A DNA stretch of 64,000 nt from Octopus vulgaris (GCA_951406725.2 OX597816.1:158162001-158226000); one strand, 5' to 3'. Numbered from the stretch's first letter, positions 28,513-42,450 are shown. Translations and numbers: made by a program. The notes: a model not told the origin generated them from the letters alone.

Positions 28513-29399
28513 TGTATATGAACATATGTATGAATGAATGGATGGATGGATGTATGTATGAATGCATGTATACATGCATTCATACACGAACACATTAATA
28601 TAATCTATATATAAATAAATGAATTCACAGACACGCAAGCGCGCCCACATGCATATACAGACATAAACACATCCATGCATATATTTATATATTTATTGCG
28701 CCCATTGTTTCTCTCTTTCTCTCCGTTTTTCTTCTCTCTTTCTGTTTCTTCTTTCTCAAGATATTTTGACACTATCGTTACATTCATAAATCTTCGACTC
28801 ACCCTCTGTTTACCAATTTACCTTATCGTTTCCACCCTACCCGTTGCATATATATTTTTGTCTTTCCTTTATACACTTTCCATTTTTTTTTACATCCCAC
28901 CACCACCGACCAGCCAGCCAGGCAGTCAACCAACCCAGAGCGTGTCTGCATGTGCAGGAGAGAGAGACATAAGCGGGTGCGTATGAGTGTGTGTGTGTGC
29001 GTGGAAGTATATCTGCGAAGATGATGTAGATAGATAGATAGATAGAGAGAGAGAAAGAGATGAGAGATCAAGTGTGACAGATACACCACAAAACGTACAC
29101 GCGCACATACTTCACCCTGTCTTCAACAATCATTATTCACCTCCACTGCCAAACCTGTACCACATCATCATGACCATAACCACCACCACCACTACCACTT
29201 TCCTTCATCATCGTAATCATCATCATCATCATCACTATCATTGTCGTCGTCACTTTTTTTTCTTCCTTTACATTTTTTCTTTCATTCTGCTCCCTGCCTG
29301 ATTCTCCCTTCATAATGAAAATTTCATTTCTTTTTCCTTTTTTTTCCCCCTCTTCCTCCTGTTCTTCAGTCATACATAAAATCATACATGCACACATAC

Positions 29400-29485
29400 A
29401 AGAAGTATACATATATGCATGCATGCATGCATGCATGCACACACATACATGAAACGTATGTGCATACAGACATGCATATATGAGG

Positions 29486-29516
<31 letters not shown>

Positions 29517-29735
29517 ATATATGTATATATATATATATGTATATACATATGTATATATATATGTATATATGTATATATATGTATATATATATGTATATAT
29601 ATATATGTATATATATATATGTGTGTATATATATATGTATATATATATATGTATATATATATATGTATATATATGTATATATATATGTATATATATGTAT
29701 ATATATATATATATATGTGTATATATATATATGTG

Positions 29736-29766
<31 letters not shown>

Positions 29767-29985
29767 GAGTGTGTGTGTGTGTATACATACATTCATGCAC
29801 GCATGTACACATATGCATCCCAGCTTAAACACACACACATAACTGTATAAATGCATAAACACGTTGTTAGACGTCGACACACAGATACATGCGTACATAT
29901 GTATATATATATATATATATATGCATACATACAAACGTATATACAAAAAGACAAACAGACAGACTGACAGACAGACAATATTTTT
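29400..29985. repeat. Compound (TA)/(TG) microsatellite
   Basis: Read directly. Confidence 0.95.
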
Positions 29986-30129
29986 TTTCCTGTTCATTAC
30001 ATCTATTTTGGTAATTATATTATCTTCTTTTTAAAAATTTCATTCTTAACCTTTCCTTGTGTCTTCTTTTCTTACAATTTCTTTATATCTAAATTTATCA
30101 TGTTTATAACTTTTGCTTGATTCCCTATC

Positions 30130-30900
30130 AGACACATCATCATAATCATCATCATCATCATAATAATAATCACCACCACCTCCACTCCCATCATCACTAC
30201 TGCTACAACTTCTCTTATCATTTTCATTATCATTGGCCTTGCCGTCGTCGTCATCGTCATCGTCACTGTCGTTGTCCCCATCGTCGGCAGCATCATATAT
30301 TTGTTCCGCCTCCGCCTCCACCTCCATCTCATCACATCATTATCACCACCATCATCACCATAATCATCATCATCATCATCTACGTATTTACACATATCCA
30401 TCTTTCTCATCAACATTCTCATCATCTGCTTCCACCCCCTCCTCCTCCTCCTCATCATCATCATTATCATCATCATCATCAATATCTACTTATTTCTTTG
30501 ATTCTACCAGTTCCCCTTTGCACCCCGTCTTCTAACTTTTACTCTCATATTTTCTTATCTCTTTTCTTATACACCCCACCCATCAACCAACTTTTTCTAT
30601 ATATTTTCCTTGTCTTGCCTGCCTCTCTCTCTCCCTCTTTCTCTCTGTTTCTCTCACCCACTCACTCCTCATTTTTCTCCCCTTTCGCTTCATATCCACT
30701 TCATTTTTTTCTGTCCCATTCGCTCTTTCTCCTATTTTCTTTTTACTTTTTCTTTTCTACTTTATCATTTCAACTTCCCCCTTTATCTATCTCAATCTCA
30801 ATTTCTCTTTCTCTTTAACCCCATTTTTTTTTCCATTTCCCCCCTCTTTCTTCTTCCTGATTTTTCTTCCCATTTTCTTCTTCACAAATTTTTTTCTACC
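30130..30900. repeat. (CAT)n/(CCT)n trinucleotide tract followed by a long polypyrimidine low-complexity tract
   Basis: Read directly; source of the His-, Ser- and Asp-rich ORFs. Confidence 0.9.
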
Positions 30901-31210
30901 CCAAACCCTACTTTGCCATGAATGCTTCTAGATGGGCCTGTGTCTATTGCTGAAAAATGCATGGCAAATTAGCTGTTATTTAACAGCTGTCGAATTCATA
31001 CAATTGACACAAAAACAATTGTTTCTTCTTGTTCTTATACAACTAACTATAACCAATAGTTTATTCTACATCGTTCAAAGATCATCATGTGTGTGTGTAT
31101 ACATATGCATATATGTATATACATATATACATATATATATATACATATACACATATATATGCATATATACATACATACACATATATATATATACATATAT
31201 ATATACACAC

Positions 31211-31244
<34 letters not shown>

Positions 31245-31317
31245 ATAGATATATATATAGATGTATATACATACATCTATATATACATACATACATATAT
31301 ATAGATATATATATATC

Positions 31318-31523
31318 CACTTCTATATTTAAGAGATGAGGAATTATGTACACTATTTACATTTGACGGATATTTGTCCTCACCTTGTTTGTTAACATAT
31401 TTCAGCTGATATAGCCTCTGGCCTTCATCAGGTGTCTTGGGGAAATTTCGTACCTGGTTTCTCATTCCTAAGGTATTTTTCGATGTTGTTGTTGTTGTTG
31501 TTGTTGTTATCATCATCATTATA

Positions 31524-31578
<55 letters not shown>

Positions 31579-31907
31579 ACACTGTCTGGAATTGAACTCA
31601 GAATCTTAGGGTTAGTAGCCTGCGCTCTTAACCGATACACCATATGACCGGGCATATGGTGTATCGGTTAAGAGCGCAGGCTACTAACCCTAAGATTCTG
31701 AGTTCAATTCCAGACAGTGACCTGAATAATAATAATAATAATAATGATAATAACAACAACAACAACATCGAAAAATACCTTAGGAATGAGAACCCAGGTT
31801 TGAAATTTCTAAAGACACGTGATGAAGGCTGAAGGGTACATCAGCTGAAACTTTGTGTTAACAACAAACAAGATGAGGACAAATATCCGTCAATTGTAAA
31901 TAATGTA
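31318..31907. mobile_element. Head-to-head palindromic dimer of a tRNA-headed SINE whose tail carries a hammerhead ribozyme motif
   Basis: Symmetry centre at 31649/31650. Each arm has a tRNA-like head (tggtgtatcgg A box, ctACTaa loop, gagttcaattcc B box), an (AAT/AAC)n spacer, then acac-CTGATGA-aggc...cagct-GAAA (31395-31435 minus; 31815-31858 plus, where the box reads GTGATGA). Confidence 0.85.
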
Positions 31908-31919
31908 TGTATATATATA

Positions 31920-33529
31920 CTAGCTGGTGTACCCGGTAATCCCCGGGGATAAAGATGTTCTATTGAAATGCCTTATTACTCTGTTATAAGAAAGCAATTT
32001 TGTTATAACTGCCACAAAAGGTGTATTTTCCATCATGAAAAAGTACAAAAACTGCCAGCTGAAGGAGGAAGAGGTTCACGAGAGGGGTTGTCATAGGTTG
32101 CCAGAGGGAGAGGCATCTTTGATCCAGAATTTCAGTCTTGCAGGGCTTCGCGACACACAATGTTTTTGGTTTTGCCGTTGGGTGCATAGATGAATGAATT
32201 GTCCAGATTTCCAACTATAGAGCATTCGACAGAGCTCTCTGTGAGAAAAAGCAGGTTCTGCAAGATTAAGGCCTACAGTCAGACTCTGATTCATCATGGT
32301 ATTTGAAGGTGAACTTTATGAAAGCTAATTTATTAAAGATAATATATGAATGTAGTATATATGTATAGAAATATAAGAATGAAATGTTAGAAGAAAGTGC
32401 AATAATAACATTCACACTCACTGGTGGTCGCTGTCAGTAACTGTGTTTAGCTTATGGAGTTCTTGTTTTTATAACATCGAAAAGCAGCCAGAAGGATAGA
32501 CATGTTGAGAACAAATGTTTTGTTGGAGGTCTGTTATCTCCATTCCAGCCTCTGGTGGCCTAGAAGAGGTAAGAAGGGTCAAGTTGCAAAGATATTATTC
32601 TGCTTAGTGAAGGCATCTGGGAAATGTATAACTGATGTCATTCACAGAAAAACTATTGTTTTACTATGAGAAAAGCGCTGTTGAAGTGTTAAGTGAAATT
32701 TGGCAATTGAGGATCGAATCCATGCTATGTCAGCATGAAACCACTACAAATATGTTGCGGAAAAAACATTTGTCTACTGTTATAGAGAAAGTGTAACTGT
32801 AAAAATGCAGAATTATCGGAGTAATGGACATTCAAAAAAGTGTGCATACATAGAAATGCATGAATGAAAAGATTCAAATTAAGGAAGTGCTATAATAATG
32901 TTTAGTAGTTGAAAACTGTGAATAGTGAAATGCAGAATGAGGTCAGCTGATAGTGAGAATCAAATATTGATCGCTTTGCTTAAAACTGCAGGTGGTGTGG
33001 GTTATTTCTCTTGGGTTGTTTAAATAAAATATTAGTAATATGTAGTTGATAGGAGGATCCATTGGATGGGCCCTATTATCGTTTTTTTCAACAATCTAAA
33101 TATGTCACAAGGTTTCCAAACATGAGTCCTACTCATGTGTCAAATAAAGTAAAAAGGTGATATTGTCTGCAAAAATTAAAAATTGGACACACAAAATTCA
33201 AAATTCAGTATTCAAAATTCAATATTCAAAGTAATTTAACATAAACAATGAAATGGGTTATTTCCTTTGAGTGTTTAAAAAAATGTTTTGCAGGTGGTAT
33301 GGGTTATTTCCCTTGGGTGTTTAAAAAGCAATTAGTTATATTAGGTAGATATAACGGTCCCTTCCAGGGGCTGTTTTATCAATCTTTTCAACAATCTAAG
33401 TATGTCACGAGGTTTCCAAACATGAGTTCTACTCATATGTCAAGTTTCATCAAAATCAATAGGACAATGTAGGAGGAGTGAGATAACAATGCCACAAACA
33501 AACACACACCGATTTTCCACATATAGAGT

Positions 33530-33532
<3 letters not shown>
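31920..33532 (-). mobile_element. Non-autonomous Helitron retaining a PIF1-type helicase C-terminal remnant
   Basis: 5' TC at 33532 and 3' hairpin CCCGGggattaCCGGG followed by CTAG at 31920, inserted between A and T. About 32130-32290 translates (frameshifted) as QSLTVGLNLAEPAFSH..VECSIVGNLDNSFIYAPNGKTKNIVCREALQD*, the typical Helitron RepHel end. Confidence 0.85.
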
Positions 33533-33562
<30 letters not shown>

Positions 33563-33564
<2 letters not shown>

Positions 33565-33950
33565 CAAAGGAGCAGCTGTGTGGTAAGTAGCTTGCTTACC
33601 AACCATATAGTTCTGGGTTCAGTCCCACTGCATGGCACCTTGGATATGTGTCTTCTACTAGAGCCTCGGTCCAACCAAAGCCTTGTGAGTGGATTTGATA
33701 GACGGAAACTGAAAGAAACCCATTGAATATATATATTTATATATATATATATGTGCGTGATTGTGTGTTTGTATATCTGTGTTTATCCCCTCCACCATTG
33801 CTTGACAACCGATGTGGTTCAGCAAAAGAGACCAATAGAATAAGTAGTAGGCTTACAAATAATAAGTCATACGGTCGATTTGTTCAACTAAAGGTGGTAC
33901 TCCAGCATGGCTGCAGTCAAATCACTGAAACAAGTAAAAGAATAAAAGAA
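33563..33950 (+). mobile_element. SINE family B, full length
   Basis: ggcaaaggagcagctgtgtggtaagtagcttgcttaccaacc...tccagcatggctgcagtcaaatcactgaaacaagtaaaag. Confidence 0.9.
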
Positions 33951-33987
33951 TATACATATACACATATATACATATATATATACATAC

Positions 33988-34030
<43 letters not shown>

Positions 34031-34206
34031 TATATATACATATACCCACAAATATATATATATATATATACATATATACACACACATATCTAAATACAAA
34101 CATGCATACACACGTGTGTGTGTGTGTTTACCTATATGCATGAAATATAACACACACACATGCAAACACGCACACACATATGTGTGTATATATGTATGTA
34201 TGCATG

Positions 34207-34252
<46 letters not shown>

Positions 34253-34334
34253 CGGCAACGGGAAACTCAGAGTAACAGGTTTGTTGAATTTTCTGCTGCT
34301 TTAAATAAAGTATATATGTTTATATATATATATA

Positions 34335-34468
34335 CTAGCAGTATCGCCCGGCGTTGCTCAGGTTTGTAAGGGAAATAACTATAAAGCATTTTTAGAGAGT
34401 TATGAGGGTACGAGAAAACAGACACACAGAAACACGCACAGACAAACTGCCGTTTATATAGAGAGAGA
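34335..34468 (-). mobile_element. Mini-Helitron (134 bp)
   Basis: Minus strand TCtctctctatataaacggcag...cctgagcaacgccgggcgatactgCTAG within a (TA)n tract; has the 5' TC, subterminal hairpin and 3' CTAG. Confidence 0.75.
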
Positions 34469-35150
34469 TATATATATATATATATATATATATTTGAAAT
34501 ATATCAGTGAATATTACTTACATCTCTGTTTTGTTTTTTACTTATTTATTCTTCAAAACCTTAACATAAGCAATATTTTTAAGAATTCCCAAAATATATC
34601 CATTCATTTTATATGCATTTAAGATGTTCTGGAAATCGAATTTATTAACTCATCTTATTGAAAATTGTTTCTATACATTTCCAGAGAAATCTATACCACA
34701 GTCACACGTGAGCATGTTATTTATTAACCCACCCTGTTTAATTGACCTAGAACTTAAGTAATATTAATCTGTTGGTTATTCAATAATTTTCAAGATAGTA
34801 ATTAAATTTTTGTTTATATGTTGTTTTGGTTTTCATTTTTATTTCTATTTTTCTTCTTTATGCTTGTCAGGAATGATGAGGAATTTTTAAAAAATGCATT
34901 ACTAGAAAACTTACAATTGATAAAAGGACTAAAGTAACAATTGTTTTTGTTTAATTGCTAAGATAGTTGATTCTGGATGTAAAGATGAAAGGTTTTGAGG
35001 TGGAGCTTCCTGTAATGTTGTAAATTAATAAAACTAATTATGGTGCTTGGCAGATTGCCACACTCAAACTCTGAAATTATTAAAGCAAGTTATAAAGAAC
35101 ATTTAACAGGTGTGTGTGTGTGTTCATATTTTGTGCTTATGTTTGTAAGC

Positions 35151-35228
<78 letters not shown>

Positions 35229-35293
35229 TTGTTCCACGTCCTGCTGCTGTGTTTTTCTCTTTTTTCTTTTTTTCTGTGTTTTCTTGTTTGGAT

Positions 35294-35331
<38 letters not shown>

Positions 35332-35373
35332 CATGTACACACACATATATATGTATCTGCATGTACATGTGTG

Positions 35374-35414
<41 letters not shown>

Positions 35415-35417
35415 TTA

Positions 35418-36056
35418 CATCATCATCATCATCATCATCATCATTTAGCGTCCGTTTTCCATGCTAGCATGGGTTGGACGGTTCTGCTGGGGTCTGTGAA
35501 GCCAGAAGGCTTCATCAGGCCCAGTCAAATCTGGCAGTGTTTCTACGGCTGGATGCCCTTCCTAACGCCAACCACTCCGTGAGTGTAGTGGGTGCTTTTT
35601 ACGTGCCACCCGCACTGGTGCCAGCCAGAGCTGGCAAACGGCCACGAACGGATGGTGTTTTTTATGTGCCACCGGCACGAGGGCCAGGCGAGGCTGGCAA
35701 CGAACACGAAACGGGGCGGTGCTGGCAACGGTCGCGAAACGGAAGGTTCTCTTACATGCCACCGGCACTGGTAATATATATATAATTTCCATTGATCGAT
35801 TTCCATTGATCGATTTCGATTCTGATCCTCACTTGCCTCAATGGGTCTTCACAAGCAGAGTTTCGACATGCCACCGGCACTGGTAGCACATCCGCAATTT
35901 CCATTGATCGATTTCGATTCTGATCCTCACTTGCCTCAACACGTCTTCACAAGTAGAGTTTTGTGTCCCAAGAAGGGAAGGTATGCATACGTAGGCTGGC
36001 TCCATCCCATGTAGAAGGCCACGGGTTGTGGACTCACTTGTCCTGCCGGGTCTTTA
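35418..36056 (-). mobile_element. RTE 3' end / family C element with an internal duplication of about 110 bp
   Basis: (CAT)n tail, ggatgcccttcctaacgccaaccactcc; block tgccaccggcactggt...gatttcgattctgatcctcacttgcctcaa occurs at about 35757 and 35868. Confidence 0.8.
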
Positions 36057-36100
36057 CATATATGTAAATGTATGTATCATTGTATATATATATATATATA

Positions 36101-36409
36101 TCACCGTGATCACCGTGACTGACCAGGCTACAGATGTTGCTACACATCGCTGGTCACAATGCATTTCACATTGTTTTAGCCTTCAAATGACACCACCCTG
36201 CTGGCTAAGCATGCAGGCCAACAGAAGAGAGAGTAGAGAAAGTTGTGGCAAAAGAGTACGGCAGGGATCACCACCACCCCCTGTCGGAGCCTCGTGGAGC
36301 TTTAGGTGTTTTCGGTCAATAAACACTCACAATGCTCAGTCTGGGAATCGAAACCATGATCCTACGATCGCAAGTCCACTGCCCTAACCACTGAGCCATT
36401 GCACCTCCA
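36101..36409 (-). mobile_element. tRNA-headed SINE (family F; head related to family E, different tail)
   Basis: Minus strand tggaggtgcaatggctcagtggttagggcagtggacttgcgatcgtaggatcatggtttcgattccc. Confidence 0.8.
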
Positions 36410-36416
36410 CACACAT

Positions 36417-37190
<774 letters not shown>

Positions 37191-37214
37191 TATATATGTT
37201 CTTTTATTCTGTTA

Positions 37215-37936
37215 TTCTTTTACTTCTTTCAGTCATTTGACTGCAGCCATACTGGAGCACCACGTTTAGTCAAACAAATGGACCCCAGAACTTATTCTTT
37301 GTAAGCTTTGCACTTACTTTATCAGTCTGTTTTGCCCAACAGCTAAGTTACAGTGACGTAAGCACACCACCATCGGTCGTCAAGTCATGGTGGGGGGGAC
37401 AAACACAGTCACACAAACACATACACACGCACACACACACACACATATATATATGATAGGCTTCTTTCAGTTTCCATCTACCAAACTCACTTACAAGGCT
37501 TTGGTTGGCCTGAGGCTATAATAGAAGACACTTCAGTGGGACTGAACCCGGAACCATGCCAAGCTTCTTACCACACCGCCACTCCTGTGCCTATATATAC
37601 TCTTTTACTCTTTACTTGTTTCAGTCATGTGAATGTGGCCATGCTGGAGCACCGCCTTTAGTCGAGCAAACCAGGACTTATTCTTTGTAAGCCTAATACT
37701 TATTCTATCGGTCTTTTTGTCGAACCGCTAAGTTACGGGTACGTAAACACACTAGCATCAGTTGTCAAGTGATGTGGGAGATAAACATATACACACACAT
37801 ACATATATACATATACGACAGGCTTCTTTCAGTTTCCGTCTTCCAAATCCACTCACAAGGCTTTGGTCGGCCCAAGGCTATAGTAGAAGACTCCATGTGG
37901 TTCGTAAGCAAGCTACTTACCACACAGCCACTCCTA
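37215..37936 (-). mobile_element. Two tandem SINE family B copies
   Basis: About 37215-37590 and 37600-37936, both colinear with 41948-42450. Confidence 0.88.
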
Positions 37937-39070
37937 CATATATACATAAAGTGTTTGTATGTATATCATCACCATGGGCATCATCTTCTAAAATCTTTAA
38001 CCCAGATAAAATTAATTGTTATCATCAACCAATTTTTAATTATCTCAAACTATATTTTCCATAATAATTCACTGAAACATATCTTGATGTTTGTATGAAA
38101 AAAAGTTTCTAACATCTGAATTACATCTCTTAATGATGCAAACCAGCTGTCCTCTATTTCCATCCATTTCCCTTACCAAACAAATCCTTGTTGATGTAAA
38201 TAAAGTTTTCATGTAGCATACATGCAGTAAGAAAGTAAAGGATTTGAATATCTGATGGAAATCATTGCAGAAGATTTTAGCAATTCAGAACTCCTTTTTA
38301 TTAAGAAAACATATGCTTATAAGAAGGAGTCTGTTAATTAGCTTATTCAATCTCCACATTCTCCTCACTCCACTGCAAATATTATGGCAGCCATACCCAA
38401 TTATCTCACTTAAGATCTCTTTGCCTTAAACAAGACCTCAAGGCATAGATAGATCCACTTCAGTATGGATAATTTCCTTTATTAAACCAACCAACAGTTA
38501 CCTGCTACTTATCTGTTAGTGTTTCTCTGTTCAATTCATTTCAATTTGCTTCTCATCTGTGCCTTTGGCAAATAACAGCATACAGCAATAAGGAATCTTT
38601 AATCGCATAACCTGCATTGGCTGTCTGGAGTCTGTTCTGTTTAGTAAGAAAGACCAAAAGTCTTTTAGTAGAACAGCATTGTAACTGAGGACAATTGCAT
38701 ATCTGTGAGAACTGATGGGCTTTACAATGGAATGATAAACCACTCTGCATGTTAATGTGAAGAAAATTTAAGGTTTCAGCAGCTACTACCTCTGTCCAAG
38801 CTTTGAAATCACAAAATTTAGGTATTTTGTTTCTGCTCAGATATTTCATTATCGAGTTGCAATGAGGCTTGTATTCTTGGCTTGCTGGTAGATTTATAAT
38901 CATTTGTGGTTTCATTCAGCTGAAGTAAGCTGAGACTTTGCAAAGACATAGCCATCAAATGATTTTTGTGCTTCAGTTGACGCTCTGGTAGTTGTTTTGT
39001 TATTTGTTGCAAATATCTATTGTTTGGGATGTGGTTATTTAGTCCTAGGTCAGCCCTGATAGAACAGGCT

Positions 39071-39350
39071 TATGTATGTATGTATGTATGTATGTATGTA
39101 TGTATGCATGTATGTATGTATGTATGTATGTATGTATGTATGTATGTATGTATGTATGTATGTATGTATGTATGTATGTATGTATGTATGTATGTATGTA
39201 TGCATGTATGTATGCATGTATGTATGTATGTATGTGTGTATGTGTGTATGTGTGTATGTATGTATGTATGTATGTATGTGTGTGCACGTGTGCGCACGTG
39301 TTCACGCGTACATATGCATGCATGTACGTATGTATGTATATGTGTATGTA
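39071..39350. repeat. (TATG)n microsatellite
   Basis: Read directly. Confidence 0.97.
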
Positions 39351-39699
39351 AATCCTCTTTTTAATTTAGAGTAAATTTTGACCAGCTATCTGCATGGTAG
39401 CAAGGTTGTAAAGGAAAGCATCTTGCTTTGTTCATATTCCATTAAATCTTAAGAAAGCCTTACACACTTTTATAGTTCCAGATATCGTGATCATTTGTAG
39501 TGTATGAATTAAGGATTTGTCTTCTTGCCCCAAGAACCCAAGTTGAACCACACTTTGCTCAATACAGGTTAGTATGTATCCTGTTACTGCAAGAATAATG
39601 GGTATGAAGCTGAAAGTGTAAATTGGGTACTGGATTTGCAAACTCCTTATTAATGGTCCTTAGATGTCCTCTTTCTCTTGTATTTTTCGAACCATATTG

Positions 39700-39975
39700 T
39701 AGTCCAGAGGACATTTGGAATTTCTGCCCACTTTTCATGCAACAATCAAAACAATTCATCTTTAGATTTAGGTTTCTTTCAAGTTTTTTGTATAGCTCTA
39801 TCTAGTAAGCTCCAAAGATTTTCAATTGGGTTCATGTCAGGAGATTGGCTTGGCCAAGGAAGCTTTTTGATCCCATTTTCATTTAGCCATTGCTGATTCT
39901 TTTTTGCTGTGTGGTATGAAGCCCCATCTTCCATGAATAAAATCTCATTTTTCTTTAAGTTATCATGTGAATACA
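39700..39975 (-). pseudogene. Tc1 (DD34E) transposase fragment
   Basis: ILFMEDGASYHTAKKNQQWLNENGIKKLPWPSQSPDMNPIENLWSLLDRAIQK; 34 residues between D and E; frameshifted continuation KKPKSKDELF*LLHEKWAEIP. Confidence 0.9.
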
Positions 39976-39981
39976 TCAGAA

Positions 39982-40274
39982 GTAGGCGAAGAAGTGGCTG
40001 TGTGGTAAGTAGCTTGTTTGTCTGTCCTTGTTTGTCCCCTCTTTGTAAATGCCTAAATGGCAAACTATATGAAATAAAGTAGCTTGTTTACCAACCACAT
40101 GGTTCCAGGTTCAGTCCCACTGCGTGGCACCATGGGTTTATTCTTTGTAAGCCTAGTACATATTCTATCAGTCTCTCTTGCTGAACCGCTAAGTAACAGG
40201 AACGTAAACACACCAGCATCGGTTCTCAAGCAATGTTGGGGGAACAAACACAGACACACAAACACATACATACA

Positions 40275-40307
<33 letters not shown>

Positions 40308-40470
40308 GATGGGCTTCTTTCAGTTTCCGTCTACCAAATCCACTCACAAGGCTTTGGTCGGCCCGAGGCTATAGTAGAAGACACTTGCCCAAGGTGCCAC
40401 ACTGTGGGACTGAACCTGGAATCATGTGGTTGGTAAGCAAGCTACTTACCACGCATCCACTCCTATGCCT
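39982..40470. mobile_element. Composite of SINE family B pieces (plus-strand heads followed by a minus-strand copy)
   Basis: gtggctgtgtggtaagtagcttg at about 39994, a head at 40078-40132, and a minus copy at 40140-40470. Confidence 0.8.
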
Positions 40471-41164
40471 TGTACATTAATTTCATGAGCAGGCTGTTCT
40501 GTTGATTGGATTCAACTGGAACATTTGTCATCATAACTCACAGAGTGCCAGTTACAAGAATAATGGTAAAAGATAACTGTTAAGTTAAAAGTGTATGGTG
40601 GTGCTTGTATATTTTGAGGCTTAAGTTAAAAAAGCAGTGTGAGAATGTGAATCCTTGTAGTACTCCAGAAGAGGAAAATTATAAAATCTAGATGTATTGT
40701 CATTTCACCTGCCTCCAAGTTTGACAGAATAAATGACAGTAATATAACAAGGGCAACTTAACTGACTATACCCCTGCCATCTTCTGAAAGAAATTAATAC
40801 AAATCTAAATGGCTTAATTTTTTTGTGTACTCTAATTTCTACTTTAGTAGAGATTCTACAGCTAGATGCCCTTCCTAATGCTGACCACTGGGTGCTTTGT
40901 TCATACAATAATGCTTTGTTCAGCACTAATGAGGTTACTATGTGGCTTGCGTATCTAAGATCCTCTTCAATTGAGTGGAACTACAGCAGAGAAGCAGGTC
41001 AGGGAAGCAGGTGGCTCGGTGCTAGGAGATGAGAGATTAATAAAGTAAGACAAAAACACAACAGGTTTCTTGCTGCTTAGGAACAACATGTCTACTTACA
41101 TTATAGAAGAGAAGGTGGGAGTAACTGGGGTAGAGCTGAAAAGAAAGATAAAAAAAAGTTATTG

Positions 41165-41211
41165 TCATCATCACCAACATCATCATCATCATCACCACCA
41201 CCACCACCACC

Positions 41212-41265
<54 letters not shown>

Positions 41266-41295
41266 GTCATCATCATCATCATTATCATCATCATG
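41165..41295. repeat. (CAT)n/(CAC)n microsatellite
   Basis: Read directly; source of the poly-His, poly-Met and poly-Pro ORFs. Confidence 0.97.
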
Positions 41296-41794
41296 TCAAC
41301 ATATTCCCAGTTATCATCACCATTCACTTCTATATTACTATTGCCGTGGACTTAGTTGACAAAGTCTGCTAAACAGTCCCTCCCTCCCTCTCTCTCTTCC
41401 CCTCTCTCTCCCTCTCTCTCTCTTCCTCTCTCTCTTCCCCCCTACCTCCTCTCTACTTATAACACATAATTCATTGATGAAATATAATATTCAGTTAAAA
41501 ACCTGTTATAATTATTGTCAACACCATTGTCATTCTCTTTCCAGTCTTCTTGGTGGTAATGGCTCAGCTGATAGCATCTCTTTGTCCTTGGTTGAATTTC
41601 TTCTGACTCCTAGACATTCTTCCTTTCAAACTTGACAACCATTATTCTGGATCTTCTCTATTTCTCATGCAACTATCCTCTTAACCAACAATTTATCAAC
41701 TATTCTCACTAAATAATCATACCTCCTCCAGTTGTCTTTTACAGATGACACTTCCTTCGTGAGAAAATAAAAAGAAATATATATATATATATAT

Positions 41795-41851
<57 letters not shown>

Positions 41852-41947
41852 TATATATATATATATATATATATGGCCGCATATATGAAACAAGTAAAGA
41901 TAGAAAAAATTAGCCTCTGGCACTTGGTTAAGTTGGTTAATATATAT

Positions 41948-42188
41948 AGACGCAACTGAGTGGCTCTGTGGCAGAATTTGTCAGCGTAATTGCTAACCAA
42001 CCACATGGTTCCCAGGTTCAGTCCAACTGCGTGGCTTCTTGGGCAGGTGGCTTCTTGGGCAGGTGGCTTCTTGGGCAGGTGGCTTCTTGGGCAGGTGGCT
42101 TCTTGGGCAGGTGTCTTCTGCTATAGCCCCGGGCCGACCAATGCCTTGTGAGTGGATTTGGTAGACGGAAACTGAAAGAAGCCTGTCG

Positions 42189-42239
<51 letters not shown>

Positions 42240-42450
42240 ATGTGTTTGTCTGTGTTTGTCCCCCTAGCATTGCTTGACAACCGATGCTGGTGTGTTTACG
42301 TCCCCGTCACCTAGCAGTTCGGCAAAGGAGAACGATAGAATAGGTACTGGGCTTACAAAGAATAAGTCCTGGGGTCGATTTGCTCGACTGGAGGCGGTGC
42401 TCCAGCATGGCCGCAGTCAAATGACTGAAACAAGTAAAAGAGTAAAGAGA
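41948..42450 (+). mobile_element. SINE family B with an internal 5x16-bp tandem expansion
   Basis: (gtggcttcttgggcag)x5 at 42031-42110 replaces the single CORE-like block; CpG-rich, young-looking 3' half. Confidence 0.92.

Noticed and set aside
30046-30818. His-, Asp- or Ser-rich ORFs (also 41037-41372 and 53816-54395)
   Set aside because: (CAT)n-type trinucleotide tracts open on both strands; no domain or splice support
31651-31722. Functional tRNA gene with an ACT anticodon
   Set aside because: Acceptor stem does not pair well, there is no poly-T terminator, and it is fused to a repeat tail; better explained as a SINE head
38531-39012. Overlapping minus-strand ORFs that might be a decayed transposase
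   Set aside because: No catalytic motif or terminal repeat could be identified
42405-42445. SINE family B tail hairpin agtcaaatgact followed by gaaac
   Set aside because: No upstream CUGANGA box; more likely the LINE-recognition stem-loop
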